This document shows, piece by piece, positions 25,244-37,000 of a stretch of 64,000 nt of DNA. Source of the stretch: Mobula hypostoma (lineage: Eukaryota); contig NC_086097.1 in the NCBI RefSeq assembly GCF_963921235.1, positions 14,074,001-14,138,000 on the forward strand, read 5' to 3'. The stretch's first letter is position 1, and every line of letters starts with the position of its first letter. The position numbers were made by a program, and so were the translations under genes. Under the pieces are notes generated by a model that saw only the letters and a program-made list of their open reading frames with translations, was not told the origin of the DNA and did not search any database.

Positions 25244-25845
25244 AAATAAGGGAACTTGAAATCATGGAAAAGGTCAAGAGTGTGTGAAGCGTCATGGAAG
25301 GGAATGAACGAAATGGGGGTATAAAACTGAGCTGAGGTATGCAGATACGAATTCAGTGGAACAAAAACAAGCAGAGACAATGGATCTACCTGCTCAAGCA
25401 GGTTTATGGATCTTGTGGGTGAGGGAACTATGAGGTTGGTGGCAGTGAATGGGAGATCCCCAGAGCTAATAAGATCAGTGATGGTGTTGGAGACAATAGT
25501 TCGGTGCTCCTAACTGGGGTCTTGTTCAAGGGGTAAATAAAAGGAGGTGTCTGAGAGTTGGTGCTGGGCCTCACCATGGTAGAGTTCAGTCTGCCAGACT
25601 ACTCCAGCACCCCCCTTATCTGCAGATTTAATGGTGAAGTTAGAAGTAATTGAAGCTCAGCCGATCATCAAAGAAGACTTCCTGAGTGTGCTAATGTTAC
25701 ATCTAACCAAACTGTAGATAAGACGTTACATTTATTTTTGTGCTGACGCTGACACACTCATATTCAGATGGATGACAAAGGAGAGTGGAGAGCAGAGCGT
25801 GTGGAAGGAGTGAGGTTGGAACTGGAGAGAAGTGTGGTGAAGTCG

Positions 25846-26356
25846 TGAATCGCATTGAATTTAATTTGGCTTTTTTGATGCTGATCAACAGTAAAAGACT
25901 CTTTCATGTTAAAGTAGAAACAGATCTCTACAAAGCAATCTAAATTAATTACAAATATAAAACCCAAAACAATTGATTGAATAAGTATTCACCCCCTCCA
26001 AGTCAGTATTTAGTAGATGTACCTTTGGCAGCAATTACAGCCTTGAGCCTGTGTGGATAGGTCTCTATCAGCTTTGCACATCTGGATACTGCAATTTTTC
26101 CCCATTCTTCTTTACAAAACTGCTCAAGCTTAGTCAGATTGGATGGGATCATGAGTGAACAGCCCTTTTCAAGTCCAGACACAACTTCTCAATTGGATTG
26201 AGCTCTGGACTCTGACTTGGCCAGTCCAGGACATTAACTTTGTTGTTTTTAAGCCATTCCCGTGAAATTAAATCCACTGCGATTCAATATTGTAAAACAA
26301 TAAAACATGAACATTTCCGGGGGGGGGGAGGGAGTGAATACATTTTATAGGCACTG
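25846..26356. mobile_element. Tc1/mariner IR/DR-type remnant, internally deleted, left TIR truncated
   Basis: Right end GTGAATACATTTTATAGGCACTG followed by TA; inner DR AAGTATTCACCCCC at ~25983; GAATCGCATTGAATTTAAT at the left mirrors ATTAAATCCACTGCGATTC at the right. Confidence 0.7.
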
Positions 26357-26769
26357 TATATGTCTTTGATGTTAAATTTACTTTGAACTTTGAACGTTTA
26401 CTAGGAGACCAGAGAAGGACCTATGCTTTGAATTAAACAGTGCCTTTACATCCAACTGCAAAGATAGGGTAAAGTTTGGCTGAAGTTTTCATCCGAAGAG
26501 TAGTGCTTCTGTCAGATTGACATTCCCTCAAACCCATACAGAACAGGCAGTCTAAATAACCCAACGATTTCAGATTCAGTCAAAAATTCAGGAGCTAGAC
26601 TAAACTCAATAAACATCCTGTAACAGAATAGATGTGTAAATGTATATTAATCATACTATGTGTAAGGTGATTAGTAAATACCAACCATTGAAATGAAGGA
26701 ATGCCCTGCTTATTTTAAATGTTTACAGCAAAAATTTTTCTGATTCAAAATTATTTCTGGCCAAATTGG

Positions 26770-27250
26770 TATTAGAGATGGCCTGGAGGTTCATGAGGTT
26801 GATCCCAAGGTTAACATATGAGGAACATTTCATGGTTCTGGGCCTGTACTTGCTGGAGCTTACAAAAATGAGAGTGAATCTCATTGAAACCTATTGAATA
26901 TTGAAAGGCCTAGGTAGGGTGGATGTGGACAGGATGTTTTCTATAGTGAGGGAGTCTAGGACCAGAGGGCACAGCCTCAGAATGGAAGGACTTCACTTTA
27001 CAACAGAGATGAGGAGGCATTTCTTTATTATTTCTTTATGTCTCATAGTGAATCATTGTCATAGACAGCTGTAGAATCCAAGTCATTTGGGCATATTTAA
27101 AATGGAGGTTGATGGCTGCGTGATGAGGTGTCAAAGGTTACAGGGAGAAAGCAGGAGAATGGGATTCAGAGGGCTAATAAACCAGCTACAGATGAATGAC
27201 AGAGCAGAATCATCTAATTCTGCTCCTATGTCTAACAGTTTTATGGTCTA
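26770..27250 (+). mobile_element. CR1 3' fragment
   Basis: GAGTCTAGGACCAGAGGGCACAGCCTCAGAAT...CTAATTCTGCTCCTATGTC. Confidence 0.8.
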
Positions 27251-27505
27251 AATGGTTCAATTTGGAATTAACTGCCCAAATATTATTTGTAGAAGGTCAC
27301 ATGCAAAAGTGTTAATTTTTATCTTTAATTTCTGAAAAAATCTGATAAATATATCTTGTTGAATATTACTTACCAGCATCAATTTCACTCAGTGAGATTC
27401 AATGAAGTTTCTATCAGAATTCCAACTATGCACATGCCCCAGACAACTCAGAAACAGATCACTTCAATTCTCTCCAGTTTCAGTTAATTCAGTGACTGAA
27501 TTTGT

Positions 27506-27728
27506 TTCTAGGACCAGATTCTCGGCTTCTAGGACCAGGTTCTCTGTTTCTAGGACCAGATTCTTTGCCTCTAGGACCAGATTCTCGGCTTCTAGGACCA
27601 GGTTCTCTGTTTCTAGGACCAGATTCTTTGCCTCTAGGACCAGATTCTCGGCTTCTAGGACCAGGTTCTCTGTTTCTAGGACCAGATTCTTTGCCTCTAG
27701 GACCAGATTCTCTGCTTCTAAGACCAGA
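27506..27728. repeat. 21-bp minisatellite with a 63-bp higher-order unit
   Basis: About 10.5 units of YTCTAGGACCAGRTTCTYKGY, arranged (A-B-C)x3 plus one and a partial unit. Confidence 0.95.
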
Positions 27729-27857
27729 GAGCACAATTTCAGAATAGAATGCATTGCCACAGTCGGCTGTGGAGGCCAGTCATTGAGTATATTGAAAGTG
27801 GGCATTAATAGGTTTTTGATTGGTAAGGACATAAAAAGTTATGGGAAAAGAGAGGAG

Positions 27858-27949
27858 CAACACACATCAAAGTGCTGCCTGGCCTGCTGCGTTCACCAGC
27901 AACTTTGATGTGTGTTGCTTGAATTTCCAGCATCTGCAGAATTCCTCGT
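27858..27949 (+). mobile_element. 92-bp Penelope 3'-end insert with fold-back and a 14-bp TSD, inside a CR1 3' end
   Basis: GGAAAAGAGAGGAG at 27844-27857 and 27950-27963; GCAACACACATCAAAGT is the inverse of ACTTTGATGTGTGTTGC. Confidence 0.85.
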
Positions 27950-28784
27950 GGAAAAGAGAGGAGAATGGGATTGAGAGGGATAATAAATCAGCCATGATTA
28001 AATGTCAGGACAGGTTTGATGGCCTGAAAGGCCTAATTCTATTCTTGCGTTTTATAGTCCCACGGTCTAAAGGGCTTAAGTTCTTTTCATATTCGTTCAA
28101 CAAAGTTGTTGCGCTGCCTATTGACAGATACAAAGTAGACCTCACTAATTGACCTGTAGGAGCTCCTGAGCTTAAAAAAAAGTCATTTTTAGCAGTGTGC
28201 AAACCAAAGGTCACAAAATGATTGGTCTCTCATGACAGTTCTCAGTCAGCTTTTGAGAGTAGAGAACTAGTTTAGTGCCTTCCAAATGGTTTCGTTTCTC
28301 CTCTGCCTCCACAGGAAGCTGCTCAGAATCTTAGAAGATGCAAAAGCTTAAAAAATGCCCCACTAGACTGAAGGATAGTTTCTATTCCACAGCTGTAAGA
28401 CTATTGAACAGACCTCTTGTATCAGGAAAAAGAAACCTTACACTCACAACCTACCTCATCCTGAACGTTTCACCTTATTGTCAGCCTGCACTCTACTTTC
28501 TCGGTACCTGCAGTGCTATACTCTGCATTCTGTTCTGCTTTTCTCTCATGTTGCCGCAGTGTACTTATGTTTTAAAGTGATTGGAATAGATGGCGCACAA
28601 AATGAGGTTATTCACATTATCTCAGTCTGATTGACAACAATAACTCAATTATCAGTCACCCTAACGTTGGTACTGAGTCAATCTTGCCGTAACTCTTCAT
28701 AGGTAGTTGCACGGCAGAGATCATTACCTGTGTTGTGTGAGGAAGCTCCAATGGCTTTGCAGGAGCAGCAAGTCACCAGATCAC

Positions 28785-29432
28785 CATGAGACACAGGAGC
28801 AAAATTAGGCCATTCAGCCCATTGAGTCTGCTCCACTATTCGATCGTGGCTGATTTATTATCCTTCTTAACACCTTTCTCCTGCCTTCTACCTTTGATGG
28901 CCTTACTAAACAAAAAAAAGAAAATTAACTTCTGCTTTAAAGATACACAATGACATGGCCTCGTGACATGAATTCCACACTCTGCCTAAAGAAATTCCTC
29001 CTTTTCTCTGTTCTAAAGGGATGTTCTTACATTCTGAATTTGTGCCCTCTGGTCCTAGAATCCCTTTCTATTGGAAACATCTTCTCCGCATCCACTCACT
29101 CTAGGCCTTGCAATTTCAATAGGCTTCAATGAGACTCCCTCACCTCATTCTTCTAAACTCGGAGAAGTACAGGCCCAGAGCCATCAAATCCTTTTATTCC
29201 TTGCATTATTCTTCTGAATCTCCTTTGGACCCTACCCATCACTAGCAGATCCTTTCTTAGATCAAGGGCTCAAAACTGCTCACAATACTCCAAATACAGT
29301 CTGATTAATGCCTTATAAACCTTCAGCATTACATTCTTAGTTTTATATTCTAGTCTTCTCGAAATGAATGCTAACAATGCATCTGTGTCCTTTACTGTCA
29401 GCTCAACCTGCAAGTTCACCTTCAGAATATCC
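28785..29432 (-). mobile_element. CR1 3' fragment
   Basis: ORF 29270-29470 reads LLAFISRRLEYK..LYLEYCEQF; CR1 3' UTR at the left end. Confidence 0.8.
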
Positions 29433-31224
29433 CAACAACTACTGAAGATGCCTGAAATCTTCAATGGCATAACGCATTACATAGAAGTTCTCATAGGTCT
29501 ACACTGTGGAGAAACCAAACCTTGTTTCTTGCTGCACACTGTCGCCTGTACCAGAGTTTGTATTGAAAACACACAGTTTTGGAAGATTTGTCGGGTGATG
29601 TTGGAACTAGGATTTTCCCATTAAAAGGACAAGTGTTCAACACAATTGAAACATTATGTTGGAAGCCAATATGGAGGCATCCTGGCCTTGATAACATTAT
29701 CAGAGTCTACTGAGCAGTCTGCAGTAGCAACACCACTGACAGATGGTCGCAAACAAAAATAACCACGATGATAAATGACATTTCAGCTCACCCATGATGA
29801 CAGTTGGGGAACGTTTTTGCTTTTAATGAGATCTCCAAGGACTCACGATTACAATGCCTTTGTCATCCATCTGAATATAAGTGTGTCAGTGTCTATGATC
29901 AGCACAAAAATAAACGTAACGTCTTATCTACAATTTGGTTAGATGTAACATCAGCACACTCAGGGAGTCTTGCTTGATGATCAGCTGAGCTTCAGTAATA
30001 ATCAATGGGATGTTCCAATAGGTATCATTGATTGACAATCTGCAGTCAATCCACCATGACATTATCTACCTAACCAATGGAAACAAACTTAAATATGAAG
30101 TGCTATTGTATTAAAAAATGGTCGTTTTATCTATGTTATTATATTAGGCATCTGGAGGCTTGCGCTAGTGATCCGGAGACATGATCTCAACAGGAAAGCA
30201 CATCGTGGCAGCTGGGGAATTTAAATTCAGTTAATTAATTAAAATAAACCTGGAATCAAAGTTAGTATCTACTGGATTGCTGCAAAGAAACATCTGGTTC
30301 ACTGAGATCCTTTAGGAAAGCAAATTTGCTCTTGTTACTTGGTCTGGCCTATGGCTGACTCTTACATGTCCCATGCAAGTCATACCAGGAGAGCTGGGCA
30401 TGGGTCTTGCCAGAGATGGTTACAGCTCGTGAATGATTTTTTTTATTTAAAAAGGTGAATCCTAGAAGTCTGCACTGGGAAAAATATCCTCCATTTAACA
30501 TGCTATAAAATGTATATGTCCAATAAATCATTTCTAGTGACAATTTGAGGTGATGGTGATGAGTTGCCAAGCTACTTAATTGAGAATGCCAGGGGCATCA
30601 TTCAAGTCCAGGTAGAGGGGCTTCAAGTGTTTGATCTACGTTGCTCCCTATGGTACGGCTGTGCTGGCACTGAGAGCTAGAGGGTGAGAGAACAAAGGGA
30701 ATTTTATGTGTCGGAATAGAAATTCCTGCCTTTGAAATGAAGCAGCCGGAATGGGCAATAAAACAGGAAAATGGATTTCCGTCAGCATTTGAAGTCAAGC
30801 TTTCAGTGTCAAGTACATCTCTGTCTTTCACCTTTTATGGAAGAGGCCTTTGGAGCAGGTTAAGTCCTGCGTTTCACATCAGAAGCTGTAAACATGCCAG
30901 GGGGAGAAAAATGATTTATTAGGATCACTTTTATTTATAGTGTATCTTTTTGATTTTGATATGTTCACTCATTTGTGATCAACAACATGACTTCAGCTGA
31001 ACAAAGAGTGTTAATTCAGTCTTCAGGTTCAAGTGGAGCAGTAAATTAAAATGAGCAAGTCTCTCAAACGAGCCGAGCATCAGAACCCTATTTTAAGTCG
31101 CAAATAATTTTAAATCTATCAACAAGTGGAGATTCTGCAATGTACAGGTCTACTAGAAGCATCTGTAAGGTTAAGAAATGATCCCTTTGTCACATTGGAT
31201 TTATATTAACTGTGGGTCCTTAAT

Positions 31225-31525
31225 CTCCAGGAGGATCATAATCTTGCCATAGGGTTTAGAGGCTTGCATGCCTTAATGACCCAGTGAGCTATGTTGACTG
31301 GCCTTGTCCTTTGACTCTCGGTAGGGTCACCCATTCCAAACAGGCCAAGAGGCCAGACTAAGAGTGGTCCACTGGTTCTTCAGATTCTGGGGTTCAGCTC
31401 AGGGCTAACAACCCTGACTGGTAAAAGAGAATTATTACAGAAACAGCAATGAAGAATTCTTCTATACAGACAGAGATGGAGGACCTTCATTGTTGCCCTA
31501 TAAGTAAGTGAGCAAGTAAGTAAGT
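31225..31525 (+). mobile_element. Bipartite RTE-derived non-autonomous element
   Basis: RTE-like 5' UTR (CTTGCCATAGGGTTTAGAGGCTTGC...GGGTCACCCAT) joined to GATGGAGGACCTTCATTGTTGCCCTA (WRTFIVAL) and a (TAAG)n tail. Confidence 0.7.
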
Positions 31526-32189
31526 GTGTCCTTAACTTTACCTTTGCTAAAATAAGGACAATCCACTTCGTGGGTGCTCAGTATAGCGGGGATAGGTAAG
31601 TTCCACTTGTGTAGAGCCGTTCTCAGACTCAGGACTTTGCAATCTGCTCGATGGCCAATTAATTCATACAATGGTTGCCACCTATGTGGTGAAGGTCTTC
31701 CCACAGTGCTGTAGGGTAAGAAGCTCCAAGATGTCGAGTCAGCGATGATGGCAGTGGCAGGATATTCGTACCTGTAAATGTACATGGCAAATAAAGTTGA
31801 TCCTTGATCCTTTAGCCAGATCATAGAAACATATGAGCAGAAGGAGGCCATCTGGTTGATCCAGCTGTGGACTCATCTCCACCCACCTGCCTTTCCCCCA
31901 TGGCCATTAATTCCCCTACTATGCAAAAATCTATCCAACCTTGTCTTAGATATACTTACTGAGGGAGCCTCCACAGCTTCATTGGGCAGAGAATTCCACA
32001 GATTCACCACTCTCTGGGAAAAGCAGTTCCTCTTCATCTCCATCCTAAATCTACTCCTCCGAATCTTGAGACTATCTCCAAAGATTCTGGTCCCAAGAAG
32101 GCAGACAATCTATCAAATTCATTGCCAAAGACAGCTGTGGAGGCCATGTTATAGGATATATTTAAAATGGAGGTTGATAGATTTTTGAC

Positions 32190-32355
32190 TTCAAGAGGAC
32201 CACATCCTTGGCATGGGTTGGAGGCTTATGTTCCTTAATGACCCAGAGAGTTATGCTGGCTGGAGTCAGAGCCAACCAAACAGGTCAAAGGGGGAAGGCC
32301 AGACTAAGAGTGGTCCACCAGTATTCCAGGTTTGGGGGTTCAGCTCAGGGTTAAA
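32190..32355 (+). mobile_element. Bipartite RTE-derived element split by the Gypsy insertion (resumes 37814-~38043)
   Basis: The flanks rejoin like the intact copy at 31391: GGTTCAGCTCAGGGCTAACAACCCTGACTGGTAAAA. Confidence 0.75.
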
Positions 32356-33005
32356 TGTCACGGTCCCGACCATTAATTCCCCATTTTCTCCTAATTCCCT
32401 TTGATTGTGCCACAGTTCTGACCATTAATTCCCCATTTTCCCCTAATTTCCTTTGATGGCAGCACACTTGGTTTTCATCAAGACCTGCAGCATAAGAACC
32501 CCGGCTTTGCACCCACTAGTTGCCAGATTGTTGGTTTTGCCAGTGTGGTAATTAACGTTTCCTGGCCGCTTAGGATTGTGTGTTCTAAGTTTTGCTTCAG
32601 TACCGAGATTTACCTGTGAAACTCAATCTCTCCATGTCAAGATAAATATTCTAAATTTTACTTCAGTACCAAGGTATACCTGTGTAACTCCGCTCTCCGG
32701 GTCATTAAGGAACACAAGCCTCCAACCCATGCCAAGGGTGTGGTCCTGTTGCAGTCAAAAATCTATCAACCTCCATTTTAAATATACCCTATAGCATGGC
32801 CTCCACAGATGTCTGTGGCAATGAATTTGATAGAGTTTTGTCTGCCACTTTCCTTTCTAAGCTCCACGTCAAGATAAGTTCTACCTGCCTCCTGCTTTCC
32901 TGCACTCCCTCCTGTTTGCCGTTCAACGCTCACACCCACATCTGCATCCTAACTCAATCTCCGTTCCTGTGTCCTGTGTTTCAGTTCGCCTCGTTCGTTG
33001 CAACA
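32356..33005 (+). repeat. 5' LTR (650 bp, including a 142-bp foreign insert and an internal duplication)
   Basis: TGTCACGGTCCCGAC...GTTGCAACA; TATA-like CATAAGAA at 32491. Confidence 0.9.
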
Positions 33006-33006
33006 G

Positions 33007-33017
33007 AACGATCTGGC
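33007..33017 (+). other. Self-priming primer-binding site
   Basis: AACGATCTGGC is the reverse complement of LTR sequence GCCAGATCGTT (37530-37540; GCCAGATTGTT at 32522-32532). Confidence 0.8.
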
Positions 33018-33021
33018 CCCC

Positions 33022-34038
33022 ATGGACTCAGTGGACATGAATACCCTTCAACAAGTCCTCGCCAGCCAGGGTTCCCTACTGGGACAGCACAACCAACTCC
33101 TCTGGGAGTTCATGGAGAACCTCCGTTCCCTGTCCGCTCACGTCACGCAGATTGGTAACCAAGTGGACCGTGTATCCACTCATTTTACCCCATCCACTCC
33201 TGGAACTCTGTCTAACTGGCCCAGACAGCCTGTAGTGGCAACCCGCTATGCGTCAGCAACACCCCCGCCAAGAGAGCCACACGTACCTGAACCGGAGCAC
33301 TACGCTGGGAATTTGGGGAAATGCCGGGCCTTCCTTCTTCAGGTCTCCTTGGTGTTCGAACAGCAGTCATCCACGTACTCCACAGATAAGTCAAAGATTG
33401 CTTATATCATGGGGTTCTTGTGGTTGAATCATGGGTCTGTGCATTAGCATGGGCCATAGCTGTTTGGGATAACCAACCGGATATCTGCTGTTCTTTCGCC
33501 TCCTTTATCGTGGAAATGAGTACGATCTTTGACCACCCCGTCTGTGGTAAAGACACCGCCAAGCATCTACTCGCTCTCCGCTGGGGCTCACGCAGTGTTG
33601 CCGAATATTCCGTGGAGTTCCAGGCGTTAGCGGCTGACTCGGGGTGGAATGATGAGGCACTCGCACTCCAAGGAGTATTCCGGAATGGTCTCAGCAACGT
33701 GGTGAAATACGAGTTGGCGGCGAAAGACGACACCGACAGCCTGGATTCCCTGATCTCCCTAGCCACCAGGTTGGACAATCGCCTCCTGGAACGCGGTAGA
33801 GAGAGAACTGGTCGTCCACCACATTTGACCACTCCACGGCACTCATTAGCGCCTCCCACCAGAACAAGCCTCTCTCCTCCTCCTGCTCCTAGAGTAGCTC
33901 CCAGCCCGGCCGTTTCCACCGCCCCAGGAGAGGAATGACTCCGGAGACTGAGAGCGGCTGAGTGTCTATATTGCGGCCAGTCCGGCCGCTACCTTGCTAC
34001 CTGTCCCCTTCGGCCAAAAGGGGGGGGCTCACCAGTAG
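33022..34038 (+). pseudogene. gag: Gypsy gag (Sushi/PEG10-like capsid plus CCHC knuckle)
   Basis: [70 protein letters not shown] (H to R); frameshifts and a stop. Confidence 0.9.
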
Positions 34039-37000
34039 AAAGGGGGACCCTGGTGAGCCAGACAACATTCCCTTGCATCCCCCAAACCCAGAAGCAGCTT
34101 CAAGCCACTCTGTGTTACAACCAATAGTCCCTGCCTCTGTTAGCACTAGTGGACTCCAGTGCTGAGGGAAACTTTTTGGATGAAAAGTTAGCCTTCTGAG
34201 CCAGAATTCCTCGTGAGCCATTGAATACCCCCCGCAAGCCCGGGCACTGGGATGGTAGACTACTGGCCCAAGCCACACACTGCACAGAACCTCTGCCTCT
34301 CCTTCTCTCCAGAAACCATCTGGAACAGATCCGATTCAATTTAATTTCCTCTCCTCAAGCCCTTGTAGTTCTTGGTTACCCCAGTTAAACCGTCATAACC
34401 CCCACATTGACTGGTCCACCGGGAAGATAGTCAGCTGGAGTTCATTCTGCCATTCCACTTGTCTACAATCAGCCCTTCCCCCAGTGGAAGTCACCGCGAC
34501 CTCATCTGCCTGTGAAATCACCGACTTATTCAAGGTGCCGGCAGAGTATCACGATCTGGGAGAAATGTTCTAGCAAGCAACAGGCTCTTTCCCTGCCTCC
34601 CCATCACCCTTACAATTGCGCAATTGATCTTCTCCCCGGAGCCTCTCTACCCACCAGTCGGCTGTATAACTTGTCCCAGCCAGAAAGAGAAGCAATGGAG
34701 GTTTACCTAAATGACTCCCTCGCGGCTGGCATTATCCAACCCTCATCTTCTCTTGTAGGCGCAGGTTTCTCCTTTGTGGGGAAGAAAGATGGCTCACTGC
34801 ACCTCTGCATTGACTGCCGTGGCCTGAACAACATCACCATAAAGAATAAGCATACCCTGCCCCTTATCAACTCTGCTTTCGAGCTCCTTCATGGAGCCAC
34901 AATTTTGTCTAAGTTGGACCTGTGGAACGCCTATCACCCGGTCAGGATAAGGGAGGAGAATGAATGGAAAACGGCTTTTAGCGCCCCCCCCCTTTGGTCA
35001 TTTCAAATACCTGGTCATGCCATTCGGTCTCACCAAAGCCCCCACCATCTTCCAAGCCCTGGTAAACGACGTCCTTAGGGACCTTATTAACCGTTTCATT
35101 TTTGTTTATTTGGACGACATGCTAATCTTCTCCTGTAGTCTTCAGGAACACACCCACCATGTCCGTCAGGTTCGTCAGAGGCTTTTGGAGAACTTGCTAT
35201 TCGTTAAGGCAGAGAAGTGCAAGTTCCATGCCCGTTCTGTCATTTTCCTGGGATACATCATTGAGAGCGGGCAAGTGAGAGCAGATCCCGAAAAGATCCG
35301 GGCGGTGGCAGAGTGGCCAAAACCCTCGACGCTCAAACAACTCCAGCGATTTCTGGGGTTCGCAAACTTGTACTGTCCTTTCATCAGGGATTACAGCCGG
35401 GTGGCAGCACCCCTTACTCGACTCACCTTTCCTGCGACTCCCTTCCACTGGACCCCTGAGACAGACTCAGTCTTCTCGGAGCTGACGAGGCGTTTCACTT
35501 CCGCTCCCATCCTGGTCCAACCTGACCCCTCTTGCCAATTCATTGTGGAAGTCAACGCCTCCGACTTTGGGGTGGGAGCAGTTCTCTCCCAACGCTCCAT
35601 CCTAGACCAAAAGGTCCATCCTTTTGCCTTCTTCTCTCGCCGTCTATCCCTTGCCGAACAGAACTACGACGTTGGGAACCCGGAGTTGCTGGCTGTCAAA
35701 CTCACCTTGGAGGATTGGAGGCATTGGTTGGAGGGAGATGAACATCCATTCGTCGTCTGGAAGGACCATAAGAACCTGGCATACATCCAAACCGCTAAAC
35801 GCCTTAATTCCCACCAAGCCTGTTGGGCATTATTTTTTGGCCGTTTCAAATTCACCCTCACCTATCATCCTGGTTCCAAGAACAAGAGGCCAGATGCGCT
35901 CTCTCATTAATATGTCTCCAAGAAGGGCCTTCCCAACATCCTGTGTTGTGGCTGCCCTCACCTGGGAGATCGAATCCATAGTCAAAGAGGCCCAACAGAC
36001 TCAACCTGACCCAGGCAATGGACCCCCCCAGTCGCCTCTTCGTGCCTGACTCTGTTCGGTCTCAGGTTCTTCAGTGGGGGCATACTTCTCGTTTTGCCTG
36101 CCATCCCGGAATCAATTGAACTCTGTCCCTTCTGAAGAGACATTTCTGGTGGCCCACCATGGATGCTGACACTCATTCCTTCGTCTCTGCCTGTACTGTG
36201 TGTGCCCGCGGAAAAGCCTCCCATCGGCCACCTGCTGGGCGGCTTCGTCCCCTACCTGTCCCTGGCCGCCCTTGGTCCCACATTGCTCTGGATTTCGTCA
36301 CTGGACTACCCCCTTCACATGGGAACACAGCTATACTCACCGTGGTGGACCGTTTTTCCAAAGCCGTGCACTGCATAGCCCTTCCCAAACTCCCTACAGC
36401 CCATGAAATGCCGATCTCCTTGTTTATCACGTCTTCCCCCTCCATGGAATTCCCTCTGACATTATTTCTGACTGGGGCCCCCAATTCATCTCTCAAGTCT
36501 GGAGATCCTTCTGTCAAGCCCTTGGAGCCTCAGTAAGTCCATCTTCCAGTTTCCATCCACAGACTAATAGTCAAACGGAACGAGCAAACCAGGATTTGGA
36601 AGCAGCACTGTGGTGCATATCCGCCAACAACCCGTCATCCTGGAGCACCCATCTCATTTGGGTGGAGTACACCCACAATTCCCTGGTCCACACCGCCACC
36701 GGAATGTCTCCCTTCGAATGCTCCCTTGGTTATCAACCCCTCTGTTTCCTGACCATGAAGACAACATTGCTGTGCCTTCAGTTCAGGCCCATCTCCGCCA
36801 GTGCCGCAAGATCTGGAAGGATGCACATGTGGCCCTGCTCCACTCAGCTGAATGCAACTGGAGGATCACCAATCGCCATCGAATTCCTGCCCCAAGCTAT
36901 CAGCCTGGTTAGAAGGTTTGGCTCTCTTCAAAGGACGTCCCCCTCAAGAATGAACCCAAGAAACTTGCCCCTCGTTATCTCGGACCATTCGAAATTGAGA

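Larger units (their letters stand above)
20456..25845 (-). mobile_element. Penelope-like element (RT plus GIY-YIG endonuclease), decayed and interrupted by CR1
   Basis: Minus strand reads SNLTPSTRSALHSL, DKGG, MDVQTLY, AELVLTLNNFS..KGVATGTHVGSSYACL, LDYTSSFP..QFLRL and GVMCYVQCSRCGLL*IDETR..CFTEH; the 3' pLTR carries a mutated hammerhead at ~20553-20590. Confidence 0.9.

Noticed and set aside
27402..27908. Repetitive ORFs on both strands, or a CRISPR-like array
   Set aside because: They arise from the 21-bp tandem repeat; there are no unique spacers or cas genes, and the context is eukaryotic
32998..35910. Domesticated PEG10/RTL-like host gene
   Set aside because: Both LTRs are present, there are many stops and frameshifts, and key motifs are mutated (DSS in place of DSG, RNase H D to N, CCHC H to R)
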